A stretch of 60,181 bases of DNA, counting the filler, from Sphacelaria rigidula (lineage: Eukaryota): NCBI GenBank assembly GCA_964200075.2. It is 10 parts of 10 records of this genome, joined end to end, with 100 filler letters (N's around TTAATTAATTAA, not from the genome) between each part and the next. Parts side by side here need not be neighbours in the genome. Positions count along the whole stretch, not along the records: positions 54,254 to 60,181 come from CAXNAA020023427.1; 9 more parts are not named here. One strand, written 5' to 3'. This document shows positions 58,518-60,181 of the stretch, in pieces (positions within the stretch are counted from its first letter, which is position 1; the number at the start of each line of letters is the position of its first letter). A model generated the notes under the pieces. It saw nothing but the letters and a program-made list of their open reading frames with translations, did not search any database and was not told where the DNA came from. A program made the position numbers and the translations under genes.

Positions 58518-60181
58518 TTGCCAGCATCGAGAGGTAGTTTTTTTGAGACTCTTGGTGTGAGAGGGGAAAGGAGGAGGGGGAGTTGGTGTCTCCTCCTGGT
58601 ACAGACGTGAGTTCTGAAGAGTATACCGTGGGAATCGGCTGCCGTGACAAGGGTTCATGTGCGCGGAGGAGGGCTGCGTGGGAGGATGGTGACGCAGGAA
58701 GTGAAAAAGCGTGTTTATTTTCAACACAAGTACTTTGCCATTCGTAAGAGTCACCTCCCTGTTGTGTTCCTGACTTCTGCTTGTGTGGTGTGTGCTGGTC
58801 ACCTACGTCGTGGCTTCTGGTGGTGTGTTTCAGGTACTGATGTCTACTCTTACCCGAGGTGAAAAGGAGAGCGAGAGGTCCACTTGTAGCACGTGAGGGT
58901 TGGGGATGATTCTGCGATCTGTTTGATGTCCCGGTTTGGTCACCCGGACTAGGATCCATTCATGGAAGTCTAGAACCCCACTAATAAAATTCTGAAGGAA
59001 GTACGTGATTTCTTCACGAAACTTGCTGTTGGTTCACATATCTACATGGTGTGTGTCGGATTCACCCGTGCACATCAATCCCCTGTATGCCACCACTTGT
59101 CAACCACACGCACTTGAGTCGATTGTCCCCACGTTGATTCTACACCTGTGGTTTATCCTACGTCAAACAAGCCGAGCCATTGCTCAGAGTTGTGAATCGT
59201 CTTCAAGTACAGGGGCCATACAGGTCGTGTACGTCGCTGATGTCGCAAGCCTACAACGTCGTAGAATTCCGCCACCCACGTCACCCACTTTTCAACGCAG
59301 AGCTGAGTCGTGACACTGGACCCAGGATGGGTCACGGTACCCGAGAATAGTTCGATATGTGGGGGATAGTTATATATATATATATTGACTGTTGTACCAT
59401 ACCGCCATTTAAACTTCGGCAGAATGTGAAACCAAAATACGACCATTGCATTGGAAATCTGAATGACCATGTCTGTCATGTGACCGCTGGCCCTGGCTCA
59501 TTACACGGCCTACCAGATAAGAGGGTGCAATAATTGTATCTATGCGTACGTTAATGCTTTGAAGGATCTGTGATGGATGATGTTATACACTTTCACCGTT
59601 CGGACGAGTAAAAAATGTAATTGGACTCATGTTCAACATTTGGACGAATCAATCATGCAGTTCCCAAGTAAGTTGTGATTTGTACATGTTTTGGGTTCGT
59701 GATTCGTACGACCCACGTTGGGTGCACACTCCCAGTTCGTCATTCGTGCGTGAAACCGTCGAAGGTGAAAGTTCAGTACGTTCCATTTGGTGTGAATCAT
59801 GGATAAATCTTCCTAGTTACCTTTCATCCAGGATGAACGACGAGCACACGTCCTGCACATTTCATTCACCTTCTACACTAATACATCACCAACGCATTCC
59901 GGAGTGGGTGTACGTCCGGTTGAATGGAGGTATAAAGTGATTCGATATCTGGCATCATGGGAGTGGTGGCACAACACGCGACGTGTTTTTTTTGGGTTGA
60001 TGGAAATGGATCTTCACTGTGCAAGAGGTGAGAAGTTATAGCCTCTGCCAGACGATCTGGACCAGAGGGCTATTCGGTGAGGGACTTCTCCAAAATCCAC
60101 TGGCCTCACGCTCGATAAGACTTCTCTTGGAGCTTCCATTCATGAAGTAAGCAGCCGCGACCTGTACCTTCAGGCTTAGGC

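Overview
Eukaryotic draft-genome sequence, most likely a brown alga (Phaeophyceae). This is inferred from short exons in 0.5-1 kb introns, WSC-domain exons, a stramenopile-like uS2 and abundant poly-C/G runs. The window is not one locus. Nine identical 100-nt spacers (N44-TTAATTAATTAA-N44) recur exactly every 6,028 nt, so it is ten unrelated ~5,928-bp scaffolds joined in length order, and nothing should be linked across spacers. Host genes are mostly fragments: five exons of 40S ribosomal protein SA (one GC-AG intron), exon 1 of phosphomannomutase, two WSC exons, two OSCA/TMEM63-like exons, one kinase exon and a single-exon PX-like ORF. The rest is largely transposon debris: a decayed Ty3/Gypsy pol interrupted by an ORF-less LTR element (with PBS and PPT), a decayed APE+RT LINE with nested insertions, a disrupted Cys/His-rich gene of probable transposon origin, six TIR/foldback elements and several SINE-like repeats. 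I found no CRISPR, rRNA or intact tRNA, and no clearly supported new biological system. The best leads are a poly-C-ending short retroposon-like repeat, the Cys/His-rich gene, the non-autonomous LTR element and the GW-rich uS2 tail.
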